Below are positions 1 through 12,182 of a stretch of 64,000 nucleotides of DNA, in pieces. The position numbers were made by a program, and so were the translations under genes. Source of the DNA: Raja brachyura (taxonomy: Eukaryota); the NCBI GenBank assembly GCA_963514005.1, contig OY740789.1:55924001-55988000 (forward strand). Reading direction: 5' to 3'. Below the pieces are notes generated by a model. The model ran no database searches, was not told the origin of the DNA, and was given only the letters and a program-made list of their open reading frames with translations. Numbering within the stretch: the stretch's first letter is position 1; every line of letters starts with the position of its first letter.

Positions 1-1469
1 AACTGCATACATGACAAAAGCTGTGTCCGAACTAATGGTGTACACAACTAAGGTGTCAGGATGACGCAGGGGTAGAGTTGTTGCCTTACTTCTTGTTAAT
101 CAAGTTTGCATGTAGTCTTGTCAGTTGAGAATGTAAAAGTTGTACCAATATTATGCTCAGGAGATCAGCTTTGACTGGTCTCCTGGTGTTGCACCACTTT
201 TAATAAATTACTTGTTACTTCAAACACCAACTCTGCGTGACCTTTCCATTTACTCCTACAAAGCCAAAGAATTAGTTCAGGGAGACAAACTCCACCACTG
301 CTCCACTGGGCAGTATCTCCATTGATTCTGGATTGAGCCATGCGAAAGAAGCTCTGCCACACCAGGTTAGGTCATTGGCTGGCCCATCAATGTGGCAAGG
401 GTGCACTAAATGTCTGGACAGATGCAATGATCCTTTGTTTTTGTCACATCAAATGTCAAACTGTGCTCTTCCCAGCTCCACCAGTCAAACTCAGCTAAGA
501 TTCAATCTCAGACACAAGATAGCAGAGATACACTTGGAGATACCTGAAGGATACCATCATTATGATTTGCGCTTGGGGAAATCTTTCATGCAAGAGCATC
601 AAAGTGCCTCCCAGAAAAACAAGTCTATTCCATTTAGTACAGCTTCCCTTAGATAAAAATCATTCTCTATGACTATTAAAGGCACCTTATCTTCATCCAG
701 CTGTATCAACCCTTTCTGCTATCCAGTCAAATCAAACCATATATGGGTACAGTCAAGCAATGCACAAGTACAACAGGCAGTGCAAAGAGAAAAAATATCA
801 CAATGCAGAATATAGTGTTACAGTGTCATAGCACCAGAGAAGGTGTAGATATAAACAATGTTTAAGTGCCGCAATGACGTTGGCTGGGAGACTGCCCTGC
901 ACATCTCCTTTAAACGTTTCCCCCCTCACCATAAGGCTATGCCGTGGATTCATAATCTGGATCTTACTGTCTGTAGGACAGCAGATCAAATGAGGCTTTC
1001 AAAAGAAAATTTGGATAAGCACTCAGGTAAGAGTAATATTTCAGGTCCATTCGGAAAGATCATGTCATGGCACCGATTAAATTGCTCTGTGTAATCCGGT
1101 ACAGACTCAATGAACTGATGTCCTTGTTTGGTGCACTACAACTTGATTCTATGGACTGAAAAAGTGGCACCAAATGATTGGCAAAAGATGCAGTGAAGTC
1201 AGCTTAAAGGCCAGGTACACAAGTCAAAAATAGCTGCTATTTTTAAATCCCATTCTTGTGACAGTCTGCTGTTGCATTGTTCCTCCAAACTAGTACTTTT
1301 ATTTCCATCAGTCGTAACCTAAACTTATGCCATAATCTAAATGTCACTTCATTCATCCTGTTGACCATTGTTATGAAATCTTTAAAATACTCCAGCGAGG
1401 TAGTTATGGCAAGACCGGGTTCAGATTGTTATGTTACGTTGTCAAGTATCTTACAGGCACTTTACACTG

Positions 1470-2121
1470 AAGGTCCGCGACTGCCTGCGACTGTTACAGT
1501 GGTAGCAGGTCGCAGAAATAGTGGTGACTGGACCCCCCCCCCCCCCCCCCAGGACAATGTCTACGACAAGCTACGACAACCTACCACCTAGTCGACGTCA
1601 AGCTACTGCAAACTACCGACAACCGGCAACCCATTAGGACGTCCACCTACGACCACACCTACGACAACCTACGACCACACAAGTGGCACGTTACAACAAC
1701 TGAAGTCAACCTACGTCCACCCGTGACAAGCTACGACAAGCAATGACCCTGTCGGCGACAACTGAAGACAATTCCGTTGCCGGTACCTGTCGCCGGTTGA
1801 CGCAGGTTGGCGTAGGTAGTCGCCAATGGAATTCACCAAAGTAAGCACCCGGTGGCAACCAATGTCACCTGGCAACAACCTGCGTCATCCTGGCGACAAC
1901 CTACGACAGCACCTACGACAGAAGAAGACAAGCTACGTCCATCCCACAGTCGCCAAAAAGCTTTGAACATTTCCAAGTTCAGTAGTGACCAGAAAAACAT
2001 TACGACTCTTTAGGCGACTTGAGGAGACTACTCTCGACCATACAGGCATCACCCCGCGACCATGTGGCGACAGCCGAGTCACCTGTTGTCGCCGAAAAAA
2101 TCGCCTAATTGGGACAGGGAC
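1470..2121. mobile_element. Putative non-autonomous DNA transposon (MITE) with CpG-rich ctacgacaa-type internal repeats; only one terminus visible (Harbinger-like by inference)
   Basis: CpG-rich island of repeated ctacgacaa(c/g) motifs, partly inverted (gtcgcc/ggcgac), ending ...tcgcctaattgggacagggac followed by tttaa; matching left TIR not found. Confidence 0.55.
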
Positions 2122-2689
2122 TTTAATTTATTCCAGAGACTTTATTAAAGGATTAGCAATAAGGTAAACCCCTTCCAAGCCATGAGCAAGCACTGTTTCT
2201 CTGCAGGCACAGAAGAGCTGCTGCTAAAGATACAGACATTTTGCAGCTCTGCTGAGTGGATCATCCTCCACTAGGCCCGTAAATTCCATCTGTGCTTCTG
2301 AAATAACCTCTGCTAAACACGGTGCACAAAACTCTGCAGTCATAGATCACTTGATCACACTCACCGTTTATAGAGCAAACTGTATGAAACTGAAGCTGTT
2401 TATTAGTTGCCTCTCTTTCAGGAAATCCCAAAGTCCACTTTGGACTCAGAGACTGAACATGCGGAATTTCCCACCACACTCAGGCCCAGATTCACTCTTG
2501 AGTACAGAAGATTACTTGCAGTCGTGTCTGGTAATGTTTATCAGGAACACCTCAGGTCAAGTGGGAAGAGGACGGGCATTCCAGTGGATACAAAGAGATA
2601 AAATATAAATTTAGTATCTACTCAACAATTCAGAATGGCGCTTCAGAACAACATGCATTGAATCCACTCCTCCTCCTCGACTCCTCCGG

Positions 2690-2925
2690 ATGAACTTTAC
2701 CTTTTTATTTCTAACTTCCAGCGTGACATCAACCGTCTCAACTTTTCCTATCCCCTTACTTACTCTAACCTCATCCCCTCTAAATGTACAGCCCTCCGCT
2801 CACTCTGCAGAAACCCTGAGGAAGTTTCCTTCTATTCAGAGATGCTGCCTGTCCTGTTAAATTACTACAGCATTTTGCATCTATCTTCGGTGTAAACCGA
2901 CATATGCAATTCCTTCCTGCACATG
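2690..2925 (+). mobile_element. Penelope-like element (PLE) remnant: fragment upstream of the RT domain joined to the terminal repeat
   Basis: Decayed translation LFISNFQRDINRLNFSYPLTYSNLIPSKCTALRSLCRNP resembles the region just before the PLE RT KPADKG motif; followed by the gagatgctgcctg terminal-repeat sequence. Confidence 0.6.
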
Positions 2926-3064
2926 CCAACTTTTGCATTCATCGCTCATGAAATCTTGCATTAGTACTTACAGTCTTGCAGCTCCCAGCATGCTGCTGAT
3001 CTCACTGCTGTTGCAATTCCAGGGGGCAATGGTTGCAAGTGATGCCAAGACCACAGATGGCATC

Positions 3065-3775
3065 GGTACTCGGACGGGACGCCGAAGCACGAGAAGCCGA
3101 AGTCAAGAAGTCGAAGCCAAGATGCAGCATGAACATCACGTCGAAAAGCCTAGATGCCGAATGGACATGACGCCGAAAGGGTATGAAGCAGAACGAACAT
3201 GATGCCAAAAGGACACGACGTCGATATGAAATTATGTCAAACGGACATGAAGTCGAAATGATAAATAGGTATGAAACACTTTAAAAAAAATCTATATTTG
3301 CAGCAAAAATTGTTGTACCTTGTTACATTTTAAAATAGTTAAATTGTAGCTTGTACGTCTCCGGGGACAGGATTGGTCCGACAAAGGTCAGTGATTGGTC
3401 CAGACCCCCGTGTCCATCACATCACTGCCTCTGTGGCAATCGCAGCAGCTTGGACTCACTGCCAGCATTTTACAAATGCAAACTCAAGTTTCCCCCTACC
3501 CTCCCGTCTCCCCCCGGCCAGTGATGTGATGGACGAGGAGGTCAGGACCAATCACTGATCTTTGTCGATGACTGAGAAGGTGTCGGACCAATCCCGCCCC
3601 CGGAGACATCATGTAATTGCTTTTCGATGTCTTGTCCTTTCAACATCTTGTCCGTTCGGCGTCGTATCCGTTCGGCTTCGTGTCCGTTCGGTACCTTGGC
3701 TTTTCGCCGTGATGTACGTTCGGCATCATGGCTTTGGCTTCGCCTTCTCATCTTTCAACGTCCTGTCCGTACACG
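3065..3775. mobile_element. Foldback MITE (MULE/Rehavkus-like architecture) with long imperfect inverted arms
   Basis: Left arm has ~15-bp gccgaa/gtcgaa repeats, right arm has complementary ttcggc repeats; inner inverted repeat 3357-3427 vs 3519-3607; flanked by agaccacagatggcatc at 3048-3064 and 3776-3792. Confidence 0.8.
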
Positions 3776-3940
3776 AGACCACAGATGGCATCACCCAGGC
3801 TCACACCTACGCAGTCAGAGGCCTTTCCCACTGTACCTTACAATTTCTGGTAAGCTAAAGATACAGAATTCTATACTCTAAGGTTATTTGTTCCTCTCTC
3901 TTCCTCTAACTTGTATACTTTATTGTTACACGCAGTGCTT

Positions 3941-4403
3941 TTAAGCTTCAACATATTTTATTTTGGATCTTCAAAAAATATTTTACCGTTAGTAGTTTAT
4001 ATTGTACCGTCTGAATTCTTTACTGTATTTTTATCTTGTCTTCCAAAGTAATAACACTACCCAAGACTCATTTCCTTTGAAACTAGACACTCATTCTAAA
4101 TTAGCACAATTGAATTAACCTAAATATTAACAACATTTCCTTGTAAACACCCACTTCTAACATTTACCTCATAGCTTCGTAGAAGTCAAAACAATGGAAT
4201 TATAATCTCTGATTCAATGTTTAGACTATCAATGCCTTTGTTTTATCTTAGTTTAGTTTGGAGGTACAGCGTGGGAAACAGGCCATTCTGCCCACTGAGT
4301 CTGCGCCGACCAATACTTTTACTTCTACCGTACACTACTTCTATCCTACATATTAGGGACAACACCAGTTTGACTCTCCTTATATCTACTATCAACAATC
4401 CAC
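3941..4403. repeat. Copy 1 of a duplicated segment (AT-rich sequence plus truncated SINE 3' end); copy 2 is at 6451-7009
   Basis: Collinear similarity from ttaagcttcaacatattttat to caacaatccac in both copies. Confidence 0.9.
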
Positions 4404-4457
4404 CAGCAACAATGGAGTGTGATTGAGCCATCCAACTTGCCAAATATGGAGGGAAAA

Positions 4458-4715
4458 AAAGAACTGCAGTTTACACAAAAGGACACAAAGTGGTGGATTA
4501 ACTCAGCGAATCAGGCAGCATCTCTGGAGACCATAGACAGGTGACCTTTCGAGTCGGGGCCTTTCTTCAGACTGATTGTGTGGAGGTGGGATGTGGGGGT
4601 GGGGGAAGTGGAAAAGAAGAGAGGCAGGACAAAGCATGATAGGTAATAGGTGGATGCAGGCGCAGGTGGTTTTAGATAGGCAGATGGTGGGAATAAAGGC
4701 CAGAGAACAGAAGGT
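4458..4715 (-). mobile_element. Penelope-like terminal repeat remnant with decayed hammerhead motif
   Basis: gaactgcag...taactcagcgaatcaggcagcatctctggag...ttcttcagactga family consensus. Confidence 0.7.
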
Positions 4716-5331
4716 GTAGACAATAGACAATAGGTGCAGGAGTAGGCCATTCGGCCCTTCGAGCCAGCACCGCCATTCAATGTGATCATGGCTGATCAAT
4801 CAGTACCCCGTTCCTGCCTTCTCCCCATATCCCCTGACTCCGCTATTTTTAAGAGCCCTATCTACCACTCTCTTGAAAGCATCCAGAGAACCCGCCTCCA
4901 CCACCCTCTTAGGCAGAGAATTCCACAGACTCACCACTCTCTGTGAGAAAAAGTGTTTCCTTGTCTCCGTCCTAAATGGCTTACTCCTTATTCTTAAACT
5001 GTGGCCCCTGGTTCTGGATTCCCCCAACATCGGGAACATGTTTTCTGCCTCCAGCATGTCCAAACCCTTAACAATCTTATATGTTTCAATGCGATTCCCT
5101 CTCATCCTTCTAAACTCCAGAGTGTACAAGCCCAGCTGCTCCATTCTCTTAGCATATGACAGTCCCACCATTCGGGAATTAACCTTGTAAACCCACGCTG
5201 CACTCTCTCAATAACAAGAATGTCCTTCCTCAAATTAGGGGACCAAAACTGTACACAATACTCCAGGTGTGGTCTCACTAGGGCTCTGTACAACTGCAGA
5301 AGGACCTCTTTGCTCCTATATTCGATTCCTC
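4716..5331 (-). mobile_element. CR1 LINE 3' fragment with (tctattg)n tail
   Basis: ORFs 5102-5293 and 4800-5171 give [18 protein letters not shown] and RGHSLRI...FFSQRVVSLWNSLP, the CR1 ORF2 C-terminus. Confidence 0.92.
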
Positions 5332-5712
5332 TGTAAACAAATTTTCAAACCAGAGGGAGGAATGAGAAAACGTGATCCATTCAGGGTAAAAAAAACACTA
5401 ATGAAACTGAATGTGGTTTGGTGACGTATAATTTTGAATAGGTCAATGGTGTAAAATATAAATGCTATTTTTAAACACCTTTGTAATATACCATATTTAC
5501 CATATTTGAAAACTTTTATGAAATGTCCACATTTTGAGTATAAAATAATCCAGTCACAATGTCTGGACAATTTCAGGAACAAATCTTTTAAACGGTCCAC
5601 CTTAATAGAAAAAGCAGATGAAGAAGCAACCATGGGTTTCACACTTAAGTAGTGGAATTTCATAAACCATAAAAGAGTTTGAGATCTACAGAGCAATGTC
5701 TGTTGTGAAAAC

Positions 5713-5932
5713 AAGGAACTGCAGATGCTGGTTTACACAAAAGGATATAAAGTGCTGGAGTAACTCAATGGATCAGGCAGCATCTCTGGAGAATATGGAT
5801 AGGTAACGTTTCAAGCTGGGACCCTTCTTCAAACACACTTCAGAAGAAGGGGCCCTAGGAAAAAAAGGTAACGACACCCATCCATGTTCTCCAGAAATGC
5901 TCCCTGACCCACTGACTTACTCCAGCACTTTC
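5713..5932. mobile_element. Palindromic (head-to-head) Penelope-like terminal repeat pair
   Basis: aaagtgctggagtaactca... and its reverse complement ...ttactccagcacttt flank a decayed hammerhead core. Confidence 0.7.
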
Positions 5933-6328
5933 TACGCAATGCGTGTTGCTTTGTATAGAACTGTCACAGGCCTGAGATGTTCCAAAATATGACCGAGAAT
6001 ACGCAAACAGAAAATACGTGCTGACACATTCATAATATAGAGCAGCCTTTAACATTAAAGGCTTTTGTTTTTGAAAAGGCCTGGTGAAAGCCATTTCAGA
6101 GACAGAGTTTCAAATATCAAAACCGGAGGGATGAGCATCTTTCAACGCATTCTGTACAGTAGAAGGGAAAAGGAGTTCTGATATGTATGATCCTGCTCAA
6201 CTATTATATAACTAAAAATTCAAAATACTCCTGTGCGGTGAGGAATGGAGAAGGTTCTGAGCGCCAGAAAAGTCTAGGTCTAAATGCCTAAAATGTTCAC
6301 ATATCCAGAGAAACCTCTTGTATTTACG

Positions 6329-7124
6329 AAGCACATTCATGGCGCCAGGCTGTAACTGCATGCCTCAGAAACAATAATTATTTTTGAAAAAAAAGGGGTA
6401 AAAGTAATAATATGCATTTCTGTAGTTCCTTTCTTGATCTCCTTCCTTTCTTAAGCTTCAACATATTTTATTTTTGGGTTTTCAAAAAATATTTTACCAC
6501 AAGTAGTTTATATTGCGGTGTCTGAATTATTTTCTGTATCCATGGGAGATTTCCCAATTTATCGAAGCTAGTTAACTACTTGTCATCATCAAAGTTTGTT
6601 CTTCTGCAGGATGTTTCTTTTATACATTTTATATTTTTTATCTTGTCATACAAAGTAATAACACTACCCAACAATCATTTTCTTTGAAACCAGACACTCA
6701 TTCTAAATTACCACAATTGAATTAACCAAAACATTAACACCATTTCCTTGTAAACACCCACTTCTAACTAATTTACCTCATCGCTTTGTAGAAGTTAAAA
6801 CCATGAAATTATAATCTCTGTCAATGTTTAAACTATCAATGCCTTTGTTTTATCTTAATTTAGTTTAGAGATACAGCGTGGAAACAGGCCATTCGGCCCA
6901 CCAAGTCTGCGCCGACCAGTACGTGTTCTTCTACCGTACACTACTTCTATCCTACATATTAGGGACAACACCGGTTTGACTCTCCTTATATTTACTGCCA
7001 ACAATCCACAAAGCACATTCATGGCGCCAGGCTGTAACTGCATGCCTCAGAAACAATAATTATTTTTGAAAAGAAAAGGGGTAAAAGTAATAATATGCAT
7101 TTCTATAGTTCCTTTCTTGATCTC
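6329..7124. repeat. 569-bp insert (6442-7010) flanked by a ~113-bp direct repeat (6329-6441 and 7011-7124)
   Basis: The flanking copies differ by one substitution and one indel; the insert matches 3941-4403. Confidence 0.9.
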
Positions 7125-7284
7125 GAGTTGTCCCAAAGCTCTTTAATCAGCAAGGTCACAACTGAACCATGTAATAAGCTGCTTCTCTCATTGATATTTG
7201 TAGGAGAATAGATAAAGGCCAGGACAGAATTGAACATCCCAGCTTTACCTTGGTGCGGTGTACAAGATCATGACCATGGATAAA

Positions 7285-7590
7285 ATGAACGCACGCAGAC
7301 AATTTTCCCAGGATAGAGGCTTCTAAAACTATTGGCTTGATGTGAGAGGGGAGAGATTTACAAGCGAACTCAGGGACAACCTTTTCACTCAGAGTATAGC
7401 CTGTCAGAGGAAACTATAGAAGAGGATAAATTTATGACTTTTCAAAGACATTTGGACATATGTGGATAGGAAGAGGTTGGAGGGATGTGGCCAAATGCAG
7501 GCAAATGGGACTAGCCCAGCATGAGAACATGGTCGGCATGGACAAGGTGGGCAGGAGGGCCTGTTTCCGTGCTGTACAAATTTATGACAA
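7285..7590 (+). mobile_element. Old CR1 (HER1-like) 3' fragment
   Basis: Decayed CR1 3' end finishing gggcctgtttccgtgctgtaca. Confidence 0.65.
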
Positions 7591-8198
7591 TTGGTGCTGA
7601 GGACCTTTCTCCACCTAAAGGACAGAACATCTCATCTGATGGATAATAACTTCATTGATGCGTCACTCCCTCATTAAAGCACTGGAAGAAATATTAAAGC
7701 CCACCCTTCTGATTCAAAGGTGAGGGTATTATTACTATTCCCTTCCAGATTTGGAAATGGCATCCTCCGAGTGTGAGGCCAACTAATACACAAAGGCTTG
7801 TCTCAGAATGGCCAGGCAGTGATCATGATCCATGGAATTAGACCTCAGGGGAAGGCTAAATATTAATGTCAAGTGAAGGAAGAAATAAAAAGGACACAGC
7901 AGCATACTAATTATCATAGTAGGAGGGTGAGTCATAAATTCGGTATGGTTCAGTAAAATAAGAAATAAATAAGCTGAGTGTACATCACGTTGCTAACAAC
8001 AGGTCATGAGAGAAAATAGTTCACTGGAAAGATTAAAAACGGATATTTTCTATATACTTTGCCAAAGTAATATATTTTGGGGGAAATGTTGCAGCTACAA
8101 CAAACGGAGTACCACAATTTGAACACTGAATCATTCCATCAAAAGAGTTACGTTAGCAAATTGTGTTATTATTTAGCGGACCAGGCATGATTTTTCCC

Positions 8199-8421
8199 AA
8201 AAGGATAACAAGTGCTCGAGTAACTAAGCAGGTCAAGCAGCATGGATAGGTGACATTTTGGGTCGGAACCCTTTTTCTGAAGGGTCTGAAGAAGGGTCCC
8301 GACCCAAAATGTCACCCATCCATGTTCTCCTGAAGTAACTCAGAGATGCTGCCTGACCTGCTGAGTTACTCCAGCACTTTGTGTCCTTTTGTGTAAACCA
8401 GCATTTACAGTTCCTTGTTTC
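8199..8421. mobile_element. Palindromic Penelope-like terminal repeat pair with hammerhead-like core at 8282-8317
   Basis: gggt-ctgaaga-a-gggtc-cc-gaccc-aaaatgtc-accc, inside inverted arms. Confidence 0.75.
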
Positions 8422-9827
8422 TCCTTTGTGATGTTCCCCACTTGCTATCAAAATTGAGCTTTTCCTTGGAGTTATCGGGATTAATCCAATGCCATTGTTT
8501 TGTCAATCCAAAGGAGCCAGAGAGGATAGTGGCTTCCACCCAGCCAAAGACTTGGCCAAATCCATCATATGTGCATTTAATTGATGCAAGCACCTCCTCA
8601 GCTTTGAGGATGCTGGATTTATCCCATTCTGAATCTGAAATGCTGCAGAATTCAAAATGACATTATGAACATGCGATGGGACAAAGTTATTAAGTCAAGG
8701 ATCTTTTCACTTCAAGATATGAACTAAAGCACAACAAAACCTGAAATTGGAGAACTCTGAAATAGTAGCCTGGGGGATGGGAAGCGAGGAGGAGGCGATG
8801 CTTTGGAGAATAATGTAGTAACTGGCAGATTTCTCCCAAATGAACCAAATCCATGCTCGTGCCTGCCACTGAATTATCTTACCATATATGGAACAGTGTG
8901 GGATACTCGGAAGCTTCCATGTTTGGCCTGCTGGGGAGGTTTTGAGTGACACACATTCCCTCTGCTCCGTGTCTGACCTCCTGACCTCCAGCTCTCTGCA
9001 GCGGAAACAAACTTTCATAAAACGTCAACATTTCTCATTCCAGCTTAGTCCTTTCATTGCGTGTTTTCAACATGCAGAAAGAACTCTGCATCAGACCTGA
9101 CGCAGTAATGCCTCACCTTACTTCAGTGTTTAATTACAGGTATTATGCTCACATAAAGATATGAAAACATACAATCTGTAGACACAGTAATAAGTTATTT
9201 ATGAAATACCAATTAAAAAACATTTCAACCATCAACACAAAATATGCACAGCGCAGTGAATCTTTAAACTATTTATTTAGCAGTCAGATGATTTTGCAGC
9301 ACAGAAGTTGCATGTGCAAACAATTTCAAGTGCCCGTCCAATAAATCTTTCATTCTTTCACAATAATACTTTTATTTGCCATTTTTTTTTTGTAGAGGAA
9401 CCAAACGGAGGAAAATATAATAAATTAGAAAACAAAAATTTAATAACAGAGAAAGAATTAATTCTGTTGAAAAAAGATTGCAAAGGTAAAATTTAGAAAA
9501 TGTATCCAATAAAACAGCAATGAGTTTAATGAAGGAAATAAAATGTGTTTCCCGACACTGGAAATCTTTGGATTGATTCCACTTAATTCAATCACGTTGT
9601 TTTGCAGGTCTGCATGTCTTCACAACTCCCCCATGCTCACAACCCGTCTAATCATTCATTAGGAATCCAGCAGAGGACATAGAATGGTCATGATGGTAGT
9701 GTGGCATTAGGGAACAAATTGCTCACTTCAGCAGATGGAACTGTTGAGTTTCATTAACTCTAAATGTGCTGCAAAGTGAAAAATCACTGTTCCATTGTTC
9801 CCACCAAACTTCGCTTATTTGGGAAGA

Positions 9828-10275
9828 GTGTATGATGAGAGTTTGACGGCGCTGGGCCAGTACTCACTGGAGTTTAGAAGGATGAGGAGGGACCTCATTG
9901 AAACTTACCGAATAGAAATAGACCTGGATAGAGTGAATATAGAGAGGATGTTTCCACTAGTGGGAGAGTCTAGGACCAGAGGGCACAACCTCAGAATAAA
10001 AGGATGTACCTTTAGAAAGGAGATGAGGATGAATTTCTTAAGTCAGAAGGTGGCGAATTTGTGGAATTCACTCCCACAGACGGCTGCGGAGGCCAAGTCA
10101 TTGGGTCTTTTTAAAGCGGAGATTGACAGGTTCTTGATCAGTAAGACTGCAAAGGTTATGCGGAGAGGGCAGGAGAATGGGGTTAAAAGGGAAGGATAGC
10201 TCAGCCATGATTGAATGATGGAGTAGACTCGATGGACCGAATGGCCTAATTTCTGCTCCGATGGCTTAGGAACTT
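9828..10275 (+). mobile_element. CR1 LINE 3' fragment
   Basis: ORF 9795-10199 gives LGQYSLEFRRMRRDLIETY...RGHNLRIKG...LWNSLP. Confidence 0.88.
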
Positions 10276-10629
10276 ATAAAATGTCAAACGTTCATTATAG
10301 TGTAAAATTCTGAGGCACTGAAGAGACATAACATAAACTGAGCAACAGTGAATTGGCAGCCAAGTTCCTAAGTTGTTCATTTTTCTTTCTCCAAGGACAA
10401 ACCTATCTCCATGGTATCAGGTGCATTAATTGTTGTGCTAATGTCTATCAAAACAATGACAGCTGCCGAAACCGATGAAAAGTCTTTGAAGCTCCCTTAT
10501 CTTGGGACGATACTTCTCTCTGACATTATAACGATTGGCCAAAAAATCTATTAAAAATCCACAGGGAATATTTCTCCACATTGTTTCACTGTAAACGTCA
10601 ATAGCAGTTGTGGCTCAAAGAGTGCACAA

Positions 10630-10810
10630 GGTTTAGTTTAGTTTTGTTTATAATTGTCACGTGGAAATCGAGGTACAGTGAAAAGCTTTTTCTGTTGCGT
10701 GCTATCCAGTCAGAGAAAGGACTACACAGGATTGCAATCACGCCATCCACAGTGCATAGCTACAGAGTAAAGGGAATAATGTTTAGTGCAAGATAAAGTC
10801 CAGTAAAGTC
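10630..10810 (-). mobile_element. Rex1/Babar 3' UTR fragment with (taaac)n tail
   Basis: Reverse complement of aaagcttttcactgtacctc...gtgacaat...aaactaaac, matching the Rex1 3' ends at 33.5 kb and 39.6 kb. Confidence 0.65.
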
Positions 10811-11327
10811 CAGTTAAAGCAGCAGATCTGAGTGATGACTAAGAAGATCATTGTTATAGAGTAAGAAAAACTGCTGTTGATATAAAGATTTAGAAGATTG
10901 GAACGATTGTAATGAATAATTGTAGATCCTTCTGGGACCAGCTCGCAGAGAGCCGTCTGGCTTTGACGCCATCTTGGAAGTACAGTGGAACGTGGCTAAC
11001 ACATGAGGATCAATCCAATAATATTGAACACACCTAGCGAGAGTTACAACAATTCTGCCAATGCAACACAACCTTTAAGGAGCAGTCCATCAAAGATTCA
11101 TCAGCAACATATATCACAACCATGCTCTTGGGTTCTGTCTGAATCAAAGCTACAACAGGTTCCCCTCCTCAGCCTCCCCTCAGAGCCATGCAAATTGTTT
11201 TCTTTCCAACACTTACATTTGAATTCTACAATATCATCTGCCTCCAACACTACACCTGGCAGTGCATTCCAATTAGCTGGCTGTATAAGAAAAACTTTCT
11301 TACAACACTGGTGATCTTTTCTCATTT

Positions 11328-11653
11328 GGGTGGCACAGTGGCGCAGCGGGTAGAGCTGACTCCTCTCAGCGCCAGTGACCCGGGTCGATCCTGACCTCGA
11401 CTGCCAGCTGTGTAGAGTTTGCATGTTCTTCCTGTGACCACGTGGGTTTTTACGGGTGCTCCGGTTTCCTCCCACATCGCTAAGACGTGCAGGGTTTAAG
11501 GTTAATTTGCCACTGTAAAATGCCCCTAATGTGTATGGAATGGATGAGAAACATAGATAACATAGAACTAGTGTGAATTGGTGACTGATGGGTCAGTATA
11601 GTCTCGAAGGGCAGAAGGGCCTGTTTCCATGCTTTATCTCTAAACTAAACTAA
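11328..11653 (+). mobile_element. tRNA-derived V-SINE (HE1-like), near full length
   Basis: A-box tggcgcagcgg, B-box gggtcgatcc, V-domain tgggttttt...gggtgctccggtttcctcccaca, CR1-like 3' end and (taaac)n tail. Confidence 0.85.
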
Positions 11654-11899
11654 GCTATGTCCTCTGGTCCTTGTGAATTATTTCTCTTGACATCCTCTAA
11701 ATACTTCATCATTTTAAATACTTCTATCAGGTTCCCCTGTTATTCAAGCTTCCCCAGTCTATCCACATTGCTAAAATCCCTTATCATCAAAATTATTCTA
11801 ATAAACCCCTTCTGAACATGCACAATGGACTTCGTTACTTTCTTAAAGTGTGACATTCAGAAGTGAGCATAACATTCCAGTTACAGCGAAACCTAAAAA

Positions 11900-12182
11900 T
11901 AAAAGATCGACGAAAGTGCTGGAGTAACTCAGCAGGTCAGGCGGCATCTCTGGAGAAAAAGGATGGGTTGTGACCCTTCTTCAGACTGAAAGTAGAGGGG
12001 GGGGGGGGATGTGTTGAGGCGAGAAAAGACCAGGACCAATCATTGCCAGTCCAAATGACCAAGGCAGGGTGGTGCCTGGTAGATCCATTGTTGGATGGGA
12101 AGATGTGATCTCAAGAGAAACAATTGAGTTACTCTAGCACTTTGTGTCTATCTTTGGTGTGAACCAGCATCTGCAGTTCTTT
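11900..12182. mobile_element. Penelope-like terminal repeat remnant with inverted end
   Basis: aagtgctggagtaactcagcaggtcaggcggcatctctggag...cccttcttcagactga plus reverse-oriented gagttactctagcacttt. Confidence 0.65.

Noticed and set aside
2422-2530. Possible plus-strand exon (ctctctttcag|...|gtaatg)
   Set aside because: Only a moderate donor, no recognisable product and no supported partner exons.
11001-11020. acatgaggatca resembling the MS2 operator hairpin
   Set aside because: The 3' half needed for pairing (cccatgt) is absent; chance match.
11328-11400. tRNA-like A/B boxes as a tRNA gene
   Set aside because: Continues into the SINE V-domain and LINE-derived tail, so it is a SINE head.
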